DNA of 64,000 nt from the NCBI GenBank assembly GCA_017991375.1, contig JAGOQP010000006.1, positions 3,200 through 67,199 of the forward strand, written 5' to 3'. The stretch is from Minisyncoccota bacterium (GTDB lineage: Bacteria; Patescibacteriota; Minisyncoccia; UBA6257; JAGOQP01). Position numbers and translations under genes: made by a program. Below, one piece after another: positions 55,927-64,000 of this stretch. The notes below the pieces were generated by a model that saw only the letters and a list, made by a program, of their open reading frames with translations, ran no database searches and was not told the origin of the DNA. Each line of letters begins with the position of its first letter. The stretch's first letter is position 1.

Positions 55927-58509
55927 CTACAAGCTACACAGTTTGCACTTAACGGTTCCATTGAAGTCGGTTCCTCCGTTGGGATCATCGCCGCCCGCCT
56001 TTTCTGGCGTTGATGAAGTAAGTGTCGGAGAGAGATCGAGCGTCCCTTGGCTATCATCGTTAGCCGCGGCCTCTTTGTACACCGCGAGCCCCTTTGCCTT
56101 TTCATCTTTAAGAGACACAAGATCGCTATCATCCTTGTCTTTATCTTTCTTTGATTTATCTTTCTTATCTTTGTCCCCCGAAACAAGCACCTGGCTGACA
56201 ATTGACCCATCGCGATATACGGTGACATCTTTACATCCAAGTTTATACGCAAGCACGTATGCTTCTTTGACATCATCCACGGTCGCGTCTGAAGGGAAAT
56301 TATTTGTTTTTGATATGGACGAGTCGGTCCATTTTTGAAACGTCGCAAGTGCTCTGATGTGGTCGGCTGGTGTAATATCATGTGCCGTTACGAACGTGCG
56401 CTTTATTTTCTCGGGAATATAAGGAAGGTGAGCGATGCTTCCTGAATGAGCAACCACATCTTTTATAAGCTCATCGTCCATAAGACCTTCTTTTTGCATT
56501 CGGTGTTCAAATACCGGATCAACATAGTAGAAGTTGCCAACAGTTACGCGCTTTTCAAACACCAAGCTATATACTGGTTCGATGCCCGAGGAACACCCTG
56601 CAAGCATTGAGATAGATCCTGTAGGCGCTATAACGGTGGTGTATCCATTCCTAATTCCCACCTTCTTTACGTCGCGAGAAAGCGCTGTCCAATCAAAGTG
56701 CCAACTTTTCTTATCGTGAAAACCAGAAAACGGCAACCTCCCCTCTTTATAGAATGACTGATCAAACGACGGAAGCGCTCCACGTGTTTTTGCCAATGCA
56801 ATTGATTGCGCGTGCGAGTGATATGCCACAAACTCCATAAGTTCGTCCATAAAATCAAGCCCTGCCTTGCCATTGTACGGAAGTTCGAGTTCATACAACA
56901 CATCTCCAATGCCCATGACTCCCAAACCAATTTTGCGAGTAAAAAGGGCCATTTCTTCTATTTCTCTGAGCGGATATTTGTTGATATCAACGACATTATC
57001 CAAAAATCTCGTCGCGATCGCAATCGCGCGGTTTAGCTCGTCCCAATCAATCACCGCTTTGCCACCGTTGTGCTTTTTAACAAACGCCCACACGTTAAGT
57101 GATCCTAAATTGCACGACTCAAATGGATAGAGGAGCACTTCTCCGCATGGATTGGTAGTTACAATCGGCCCCAAGTGTTTGAAAAATGGATTGTACTCGT
57201 TGACGCGATCATAGAAAATAATACCGGGCTCGGCTGACTCCCATGCCTGATACGCGAGCATATCAAACAGCTGCCGTGGATCAATATACGCGGAAACTTT
57301 TTTTGTACGCGGATTTACCAATGGATAGGGCTCTTTCTTTTCGTAGTATTTCCAAAAATCATCCATAAGTAACACGGAGATGTTGAAGTTCCGCAACGCT
57401 TTATTTCCTTCTTTTGCTTTAATGAATTTTGCGATGTCTGGGTGATTAGAATTTAAAATACCCATATTCGCGCCACGACGAATACCTCCTTGCTTGATAA
57501 CATCGGTCATATTGTCGTACATCGTCATAAAACTAATAGGACCAGATGCAACACCACCAGTTGATTTTACGATATCTCCTTCGGGTCTCAGTTTTGAGAA
57601 ATTGTACCCCACGCCACCTCCTTCTTTAAAAATAATAGAGGCGGACTTGAGAGAATCCATAATACCACCAATATCGTCGGGAACATCCAATACAAAACAC
57701 GCACTTCCCATTCCAAGCGGGTTTCCAAAATTTGCTATTGCTGGTGTATTGGGCATAAACTTGCGCGAAACCATAAGATCGTAGTATTCAGCAACTTCTT
57801 TTTCGTATTTATCAAACGATCCGTTTTTAATAAGCGCCACAAATTCTTTCCACGATACTTTCATCTGGCCATTGCGCGCAAAGCGATGATACAAACGGTG
57901 TACTGCTTGCAAGTGGTACCTATTAAGCGCGTATGATCCGATATATAATTTACCCTCCGAGGCAACAGAGTCGAACGACCCATCAATGGGAAACTCCGGA
58001 TTTTTCTTTCCTGATTTTTTAAATACTTTTGTATCGTAAAAAAGCGATGGCAACATGCCGTGAACCGCAACGCGAGTAAAAAGTTCTTTGGGAGATTCAA
58101 TAACACGTCCCTCGTCATCTTTGCGTAAGTAACGCGCGACCAGCACTCGTAACGCGTTTACGTCGAACTTCTTATCAACGTCGTCAATCTCACTTTTATT
58201 GAGTACCTGTGCTTTTTCTTGTCGAAGTTGAGCGCGGTGTTGGCGGTAGAGGATGTACGCCTTTGCTACCTTGGCAAGCCCCCCTTCAATAAGGGTATGC
58301 TCAATAACATCCTGTACCTGCTCAACGGTGGGAATGCTCCCTTTTTTTATAGAGGACTCCAACTGGGATACAATGGTCGCGGTTAAGCTTTCCGCTTTTT
58401 CCCAATCGGGATTGCCCACCGCCGAGGATGCTTTGAAGATAGCAGTGGCTATTTTTTTTGAATCAAAGGGGACTTTTGTACCGTTGCGCTTTAGGATGTG
58501 TGTAATCAT
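55927..58509 (-). CDS. nrdJ: Class II (adenosylcobalamin-dependent) ribonucleotide reductase NrdJ with N-terminal ATP-cone
   Basis: ATP-cone ILKRNGTKVPFDSKKIATAI. Active site NPCGEVLLYPFESCNLGSLNV. A K/D-rich low-complexity insert near the C-terminus. Terminal redox pair CKLCSL. Confidence 0.85.
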   Translation of the reverse strand: MITHILKRNGTKVPFDSKKIATAIFKASSAVGNPDWEKAESLTATIVSQLESSIKKGSIPTVEQVQDVIEHTLIEGGLAKVAKAYILYRQHRAQLRQEKAQVLNKSEIDDVDKKFDVNALRVLVARYLRKDDEGRVIESPKELFTRVAVHGMLPSLFYDTKVFKKSGKKNPEFPIDGSFDSVASEGKLYIGSYALNRYHLQAVHRLYHRFARNGQMKVSWKEFVALIKNGSFDKYEKEVAEYYDLMVSRKFMPNTPAIANFGNPLGMGSACFVLDVPDDIGGIMDSLKSASIIFKEGGGVGYNFSKLRPEGDIVKSTGGVASGPISFMTMYDNMTDVIKQGGIRRGANMGILNSNHPDIAKFIKAKEGNKALRNFNISVLLMDDFWKYYEKKEPYPLVNPRTKKVSAYIDPRQLFDMLAYQAWESAEPGIIFYDRVNEYNPFFKHLGPIVTTNPCGEVLLYPFESCNLGSLNVWAFVKKHNGGKAVIDWDELNRAIAIATRFLDNVVDINKYPLREIEEMALFTRKIGLGVMGIGDVLYELELPYNGKAGLDFMDELMEFVAYHSHAQSIALAKTRGALPSFDQSFYKEGRLPFSGFHDKKSWHFDWTALSRDVKKVGIRNGYTTVIAPTGSISMLAGCSSGIEPVYSLVFEKRVTVGNFYYVDPVFEHRMQKEGLMDDELIKDVVAHSGSIAHLPYIPEKIKRTFVTAHDITPADHIRALATFQKWTDSSISKTNNFPSDATVDDVKEAYVLAYKLGCKDVTVYRDGSIVSQVLVSGDKDKKDKSKKDKDKDDSDLVSLKDEKAKGLAVYKEAAANDDSQGTLDLSPTLTSSTPEKAGGDDPNGGTDFNGTVKCKLCSL

Positions 58510-58641
58510 GAGAATATGGTGCGTTATGTTGATAAAAAGAATAGACAAACTGAGAATCACCAGCGAATCTCTGTACGATACGCACTATAGCGGTGCGTAT
58601 CGACTGGGTTCCGAACGATCAAATGAATTTGTAAAAAGCTT

Positions 58642-59931
58642 TTATTTCTTGCGACCCTTTTTTCGCAAGAAGGTGGGAATATCCCACTGACGATCCTCTT
58701 CTTCTGGTTCTGTCGTTTCTGGTGGCTCGGTTTTAGGGGGTCGATCTTTTTCTTCTTTCGGAGGAGGCGAGGCAACGGTTTTGGTTTCTACTATAAGACC
58801 ACTCTCAAACACCGTCGGTCCCCGAGAAAATGATGAAAAATCGGAAAAGAGAGATGAATTTCTTCCAAACGCTTGCCCAAAACCAGTTGCGATTAACGTT
58901 ACTTTAAGCTGTCCCTTACTGAGCTTACGATCATAGTATGTGCCAAAAATAATTTTTGCCGACGAATCAACGTGATCAGAAACAAGTCGAGCAATTTCGT
59001 TAACTTCGTTCATGGTTATGTCGCGCAAACCAGATACAGCAAAAAGAACACCACGCGCACCATCAATAGAGGTATCTAACAACGGTGAGTTAAGCGCGGT
59101 GTTTGCCGCGGTGATTGCCCGCTCTTTCCCCTGCGCCACACCAACGCCAATAATAGATGCTCCCGATCCTTGAATGATTGTTTTTATATCAGCAAAATCA
59201 ACATTGATAATACCGGGGGCGATGATGAGTTCAGCAACGCCAAGCACCGCATTCTTAAGAACCTCATCAATTGCTTCAAACGCTTTATTTAAAGATGTTT
59301 CTTTTTCTATGACAGAAAAAATGCGATCATTGGCGATGGTGATATAGGTGTCAACACGATCTTTTAATTTAGCGAGTGCTTCAAGCGCGATATCAGATCG
59401 CTGTTTGCCTTCAAATGAGAATGGCTTGGTAACCACGGCGGCGGTGAGAATTCCCATGTCTTGCGCGATTTCCGCGATCACAGGCGTCGCGCCGCTTCCT
59501 GTTCCTCCACCAAACCCCGCGGTGAGAAACACCATATCGGCCCCAGAGAGTGCGGCGGCAATTTCTTCTCGACTTTCTTCGGCGGCCGCGCGCCCGAGCT
59601 CAGGGTTCATACCCGCTCCTCGTCCATGCGTTGTTTGTTTACCAATGTATAACTTCTTTTTTGCTCGACACGACTCAAGGTCTTGGACATCGGTATTTAT
59701 AGCAATAAGATCAACCCCCTTGGGGAAATAGTCATACATGCGAGTAATCGCATTTCCTCCACATCCTCCCACGCCAACCACTTTTATTTTGGTAGCTCCG
59801 GTACTATGTGGGTGTATAGACTGCTTTAGCTTTATATGAGAAACAACCTTGGGCATGTCAGCACGCCCACGCGCGTGGGATTGATGAGAGTGTTTTGGAG
59901 TATTTTTTCTTTTTTTTGTAGCCATACTCAA
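58642..59931 (-). CDS. ftsZ: Cell division protein FtsZ
   Basis: Tubulin signature GGGTGSGATPVIAEIA; NTD and CTD are intact; basic C-terminal tail. Confidence 0.95.
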   Translation of the reverse strand: MSMATKKRKNTPKHSHQSHARGRADMPKVVSHIKLKQSIHPHSTGATKIKVVGVGGCGGNAITRMYDYFPKGVDLIAINTDVQDLESCRAKKKLYIGKQTTHGRGAGMNPELGRAAAEESREEIAAALSGADMVFLTAGFGGGTGSGATPVIAEIAQDMGILTAAVVTKPFSFEGKQRSDIALEALAKLKDRVDTYITIANDRIFSVIEKETSLNKAFEAIDEVLKNAVLGVAELIIAPGIINVDFADIKTIIQGSGASIIGVGVAQGKERAITAANTALNSPLLDTSIDGARGVLFAVSGLRDITMNEVNEIARLVSDHVDSSAKIIFGTYYDRKLSKGQLKVTLIATGFGQAFGRNSSLFSDFSSFSRGPTVFESGLIVETKTVASPPPKEEKDRPPKTEPPETTEPEEEDRQWDIPTFLRKKGRKK

Positions 59932-61170
59932 TTAAGAAGCCCACAACGTACGCAAGAAGCGCGACACCCATGATCCACCAGATACAAATTCACTGTTTTT
60001 CTTAAAAACATCAGCGCGCGATAGCAATAAACCAAAAGCAACGGACATATCGGGATCGTCTACGAGTTGAGCCAATTGCGCGTTGGAAAGCTCACACTCC
60101 TCTATGTTTGGCATACCAATCTTAGCATCGATACGCAGTTCCTCTCGAGCAATATCCACCATACCTCTTAGTTTTGACCCACCGCCAGTAATAACCGCAC
60201 CCGCTGGAAGTTTCCCCGCGAGACCGACCATCTTGAGTTCGCTGTTAATAAGTTCAAATATTTCTCGCACGCGTGATTCTATGATTTCAGCTACAAACTT
60301 CTTTGACACTTGTCCCGAACGCCCCTCTTCAAAATCACCCATCTCAATACGATCTTTAGTAGAAACATCTCGCGCGGCTGCGCACCCAAGTGTCAGTTTC
60401 AATTTTTCGGCAGACGCAACAGAACATTTGAGACCAAGTGCAATGTCATTGCTGATATTACCAGACCCCACCGGAAGAACCTTGGCGGTTACCAATCTTC
60501 CATCCTGATACACCACAATGCCGGTTGTATCAAATCCCATATCAACAAGCACAACGCCAAGATCTCGTTGTTTGCGAGAGAGCACCGCACGCTCGGACGC
60601 GAGTGGCGCAAAATACAACGTGCCATCAAATCCTCCTTTTTTCCCCGCAACCAGTTCAGCAACTTTTTTTGAATTCTTTGAGATGGATGAAAAGACCGCA
60701 ATGAGTACTACATTTGCTTCAAGTTTTTTTCCAGAGAGTCCTACAACATTAGTGCCATCAACTTCTATATCATCAATAATAAATTCTCTCGGGAATGAAT
60801 GGATGATCTCCCACCCGGGAGGAATGTTAACCGCGGTTGAATCTTTGATTACCCGATCTACGTCCTCCTGAATAATTTCAAAATCGGAATGCGGAATGAC
60901 TAACGTTGACTTGGAAAGGATGATTTTACTCCGAGAACCAGACACGCTAAAGATTAAATTTTTAATACATCGCGCGTCAAAGTGTCGCACTTCGCTTAAT
61001 ACTTCAAAAAGACTCTTGACTGTTTCCTCTGGATATACAATCTCACCTTTTTTGATCCCGCTGGATGATTTTTTTATCGCCTTAACAATAACCAGCGAAC
61101 CATCTTTTTTGAGTTCGCCGATGAGCGCTTTAATACGTGAAGATCCAAGATCGATTGCGGTGAGATACAT
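59932..61170 (-). CDS. ftsA: Cell division protein FtsA
   Basis: Actin-fold ATPase with IDLGSSRIKALIGE phosphate-1. Directly upstream of ftsZ. Confidence 0.9.
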   Translation of the reverse strand: MYLTAIDLGSSRIKALIGELKKDGSLVIVKAIKKSSSGIKKGEIVYPEETVKSLFEVLSEVRHFDARCIKNLIFSVSGSRSKIILSKSTLVIPHSDFEIIQEDVDRVIKDSTAVNIPPGWEIIHSFPREFIIDDIEVDGTNVVGLSGKKLEANVVLIAVFSSISKNSKKVAELVAGKKGGFDGTLYFAPLASERAVLSRKQRDLGVVLVDMGFDTTGIVVYQDGRLVTAKVLPVGSGNISNDIALGLKCSVASAEKLKLTLGCAAARDVSTKDRIEMGDFEEGRSGQVSKKFVAEIIESRVREIFELINSELKMVGLAGKLPAGAVITGGGSKLRGMVDIAREELRIDAKIGMPNIEECELSNAQLAQLVDDPDMSVAFGLLLSRADVFKKNSEFVSGGSWVSRFLRTLWAS

Positions 61171-61269
61171 AGAAAGTTACTCAAATTGTAAACAAATACA
61201 ACCGACAATGCAAACACGCGCGACATACAAAAAACCCTCATAGAATGAGGGTTTTTAAAAAATTACACA

Positions 61270-61698
61270 TCACGGTTGACGTAACGTGGCAAGTTTTTGC
61301 AATAAACGTTTTTCAACACGCTCCATCTTCTTGGTATCACTTTTTTTCTTATGGTCGTAACCCTTAAGATGTAATATACCATGCACAATCATGTGCGTAA
61401 TGTCTTGATCGTGCGCGCGAATAAATTCTGGGCTGAGATAAATTTCTCCAAGCACTCGATATACGCTTTTAGGGAACACAAAATGACGCGGTGGTTGTAT
61501 ACTTAACACGTTTGTCGAACAATTTTTTCCTAAAAATAGTTTGTTAAGATGTTGGATTTGTTTTTGCGTGACGAGAGTTATTTCAAAAGAGATTTTGTTC
61601 ACACGCAAAAGCGCGCATGTCTTTTTTGCCACGCGAAGGACATATTTTTCATACCGAATAAATGTTTCTGATGTAGATAAAATTGAAATACGGGTCAT
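61270..61698 (-). CDS. ybeY: Endoribonuclease YbeY (rRNA maturation factor)
   Basis: Zinc motif HGILHLKGYDH. Confidence 0.85.
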   Translation of the reverse strand: MTRISILSTSETFIRYEKYVLRVAKKTCALLRVNKISFEITLVTQKQIQHLNKLFLGKNCSTNVLSIQPPRHFVFPKSVYRVLGEIYLSPEFIRAHDQDITHMIVHGILHLKGYDHKKKSDTKKMERVEKRLLQKLATLRQP

Positions 61699-61982
61699 GG
61701 AAATGAAGTGATTAGTGAGTAGTGGTCAGTGGAAAGCAGAAAAAATCATTAATCATTGACTATTAATCCTTAACCGAAGGACGTATATCGTATTTGGTAT
61801 TTCGTATATTCGTATTGTCTCATTCGCAATAAGTTTGCCCTGATTTATAGTGAGTGTAATCGAACTAGCGAACGGAGTAAATCGAAGGGTATTTCGTAGT
61901 ATTAGATAGTCATTAATCATTGACCCCGCAGCGTTCATCGTTATACGTGCAACTCATTTATATATTGATCGCTGACCGAAAG

Positions 61983-64000
61983 CTACTGATACATATTCAC
62001 ATACGCTCGAGTACTGGAACCAAAGTATCCCGTGCCTTTGGTAAGCCCCACGGGATCAAGAATTTCTTTGAGGTGGGTATCTTGAAACTTGATAAGAGCT
62101 CGTTTAGTGAGAGCGCCAAAGAAAGAGGTCTCGTGGCCAAAAGATCCTGTGCCTTGGGTCGTGAGAGGAAACCCATGGGTATTGAGATACTGCTGGAGAT
62201 ACTTCACCTCAGGATGCGTCATGCCCACAGAAAGAGAGGTAGTGAAGGTATAAGATGAGGTGGCAGTGGTTGGAGAGAGAGCTGAGAGTAACAGTAACGA
62301 GCGCCCCCCACTAGTATTGCTTGAAGTGGCAGGAGTCGTGGTAGCGACATGTTCAAGACGCATCGCGTGAGATGAGTAGCCACCCGTATATGTGACAGAA
62401 AGAGTGCCAGCATCATCGGTAGTACAGACACCTACTGCGTCACAGGTCGGGCCAGTCATGGTCATGGGAACCACGCCATCAACTTTGAAGCGATAAGAAG
62501 AGGATGGGAGTAGATCACCAATGGTAAAGGTGGTGGTGGTAACGTTGGATGAGGAAATGATCCACTCTTTGATAGTGGACTGCCACGATGAAATCGTAAT
62601 ATCAAGCGATCCTGATGAGAACGAAGGGGTTAGCAAAACCGCATCGAGTGTCTTGGTGGTATGAGCGGGAACGGAAACCGTGACGGTAGTGGTGGCGTCA
62701 GCGAAAATAGTGTTTGACGCGGAGGTAAAGGGATGAGAGAAGCTTGAGAGGGTAAGGGTGGTTGAGGTAGTGGTGGTAAGAGGATTTTCAAGAACAATAG
62801 AGGCAGAGGTGGTAGCGGTTGAAGGAGCGGTAGCGGAAAGCACATACACATTGGTATTGGAGATTGATTTGATCGCGGGTGTAGTGGTGTATTGGTAGGT
62901 AAAATCAGCATACGAAGGTTGAGCGGGAGTGGTTTGCCAAGAAGGATTAGTACCCTTGAGCTTGAGGGCGAGCCAATACCAGGACTGGGGAGTATCCATG
63001 GACCAGTTGAGAGTAGAGAGGGTTTTATTAGCCCACGTGTAAGTAGTAGTGGCTGAGATGGAGCTACTTGCATCAACATTATTATCGTAGGAAACAAATC
63101 GTTGAGCACCGATGTATCCAACAGCTGATGTTCTGTACCAACTATATGTATCTATGCTAGAAAGATTGGAAATCGGATATGGAAACGGAATAATGTCTGG
63201 AGAGTTTTGAATCCAATCAGCACAATTCCATGTTTCAATAATAGATGGGGTTGTAAAAGAAAGAGATTTAGCATCTGATCCTGATCCGATTGGTTGTCCG
63301 TGGGTTGTTTTAATCCCTCTAAAATAATATCTGATTACATAAGAATTAGCGTCGCCAACAAAAAAAACAAAATCTTTTTTTGAAGTGTTATTATTAGAAT
63401 CGACAACAAGAATGGACAGGGAATATATACCCGTCCTTGTCGGTACAAAATAATTGAATAGCTGATTGTCTGCTTTGTTAGTCGTTAGTGAATCAGAGCG
63501 TGGGCTTAAAGCAATGGAATAACTGCAATCTGAGCATGATGTCCCATTAATATTAAAAAGTGAGATTGTTGATGTAACTGTTTCATTTATATTCGCCAAC
63601 CTTATCTTCTCGGTAAATGAAACCATCGCGCTGGTTGTTCCAATGCCATATAAAAATTGGTTATTAGTATAAACATTCCCCGAGGAAATATCGTAAAGTT
63701 CACGAACACTCTCTCTGATAATGTTCCCAGTTAGTGTGTTAGAATTTGAACTAATTTCCAAATTAATTCCATTATTATTAGAATACAAACTGTTATCGAT
63801 GTAGTTATTTGATCTTGACATAACCGAGTAAATTCCAATTTCGTTGTTACTCAGATAATTTCTTGAGAAAACGCTAGATTGAACCCTCAACAAAGAAACC
63901 CCATATCCACCATTGCTGATATTATTGTCCTCGATAGATAGATTTATACCTGACTGCAAAAAGACACCAAGAGTACTTGAGCTGATGATATTATTTTGGA
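61983..64000 (-). CDS. Secreted right-handed beta-helix repeat protein with a C-terminal peptidoglycan-binding domain; 5' end beyond the window
   Basis: N-terminal parallel beta-helix/NosD-like repeats (NNISNGGYGVSLL..., NNNGINLEISSN...). C-terminal PG_binding_1-like domain (HPEVKYLQQYLNTHGF...LTKRALIKFQ). The frame is open to the window end. Confidence 0.6.
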   Translation of the reverse strand, partial: QNNIISSSTLGVFLQSGINLSIEDNNISNGGYGVSLLRVQSSVFSRNYLSNNEIGIYSVMSRSNNYIDNSLYSNNNGINLEISSNSNTLTGNIIRESVRELYDISSGNVYTNNQFLYGIGTTSAMVSFTEKIRLANINETVTSTISLFNINGTSCSDCSYSIALSPRSDSLTTNKADNQLFNYFVPTRTGIYSLSILVVDSNNNTSKKDFVFFVGDANSYVIRYYFRGIKTTHGQPIGSGSDAKSLSFTTPSIIETWNCADWIQNSPDIIPFPYPISNLSSIDTYSWYRTSAVGYIGAQRFVSYDNNVDASSSISATTTYTWANKTLSTLNWSMDTPQSWYWLALKLKGTNPSWQTTPAQPSYADFTYQYTTTPAIKSISNTNVYVLSATAPSTATTSASIVLENPLTTTTSTTLTLSSFSHPFTSASNTIFADATTTVTVSVPAHTTKTLDAVLLTPSFSSGSLDITISSWQSTIKEWIISSSNVTTTTFTIGDLLPSSSYRFKVDGVVPMTMTGPTCDAVGVCTTDDAGTLSVTYTGGYSSHAMRLEHVATTTPATSSNTSGGRSLLLLSALSPTTATSSYTFTTSLSVGMTHPEVKYLQQYLNTHGFPLTTQGTGSFGHETSFFGALTKRALIKFQDTHLKEILDPVGLTKGTGYFGSSTRAYVNMYQ

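Noticed and set aside
62630-63121. 163-aa Pro/Leu-rich minus-strand ORF
   Set aside because: It is an alternative frame inside the beta-helix/PG-binding gene, low complexity, with no start context.
1-64000. CRISPR arrays, rRNA genes, IS elements, integrase or transposase genes
   Set aside because: There are no regularly spaced direct repeats and no rRNA-like conserved stretches. No transposase, integrase or recombinase signatures were seen in any frame. The only retroelement is the DGR.

Overview
This 64-kb window comes from a small-genome bacterium whose gene content looks like Candidate Phyla Radiation / Patescibacteria; that assignment is inference only. The evidence is compact ProRS and AspRS without insertion domains, ComEC split into two ORFs, a huge Gly-rich type IV pilin-like protein, two MreB paralogs, a class II (B12) RNR with a CobO adenosyltransferase, and EF-G/S12/S9 with small insertions. 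About 60 genes are present, and all but lepA, the pilin gene, one PEGA-like gene and avd lie on the minus strand. The housekeeping content is lepA (5' partial), secA, hpf, murB, tpiA, galT, mrdA-mreD-mreC-mreB, proS, rseP, frr, holB, a second mreB, murA, rpsI-rplM, fusA-rpsG-rpsL, tRNA-Pro(GGG), rpmB, aspS, comEC, cobO, mnmA, efp, secD-secF, nrdJ, ftsA-ftsZ and ybeY. The main discovery is a complete diversity-generating retroelement (DGR) at about 45.9-48.4 kb. Its RT (45946-46929, minus) is a close homolog of Bordetella phage bRT and carries the DGR-specific LGNLTSQ motif. An Avd four-helix-bundle gene (46991-47317) sits on the opposite strand, divergent from the RT across a C10 homopolymer. 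A 135-bp template repeat (47322-47456) and a variable repeat (47794-47928) at the 3' end of a small secreted target gene (47798-48391) differ at 12 positions, and all 12 are adenines in the TR on the coding strand. An imperfect GC hairpin follows the VR. The target gene shares an almost consensus promoter (TTGACa, an 18-nt conserved spacer, TATAAt) and a conserved leader with three other hypothetical genes (14383-15009, 20569-21072, 23162-23791). Two of those also share the unusual GGACCTTGG...CCTTGGTCC hairpin terminator with a central TT-TT mismatch, which suggests a co-regulated, cassette-like family around the DGR target. Other notable items are a bacterial SET-domain protein with a SecA-like SEC-C zinc tail and a neighbouring frameshifted SEC-C remnant. 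A tRNA-Pro is followed by a 17-nt duplicate of its 3' end in a hairpin-rich spacer. A 27-aa Lys-rich micro-ORF lies upstream of hpf. A structured sRNA-like hairpin lies between the pilin and SET genes. I found no CRISPR array and no rRNA.
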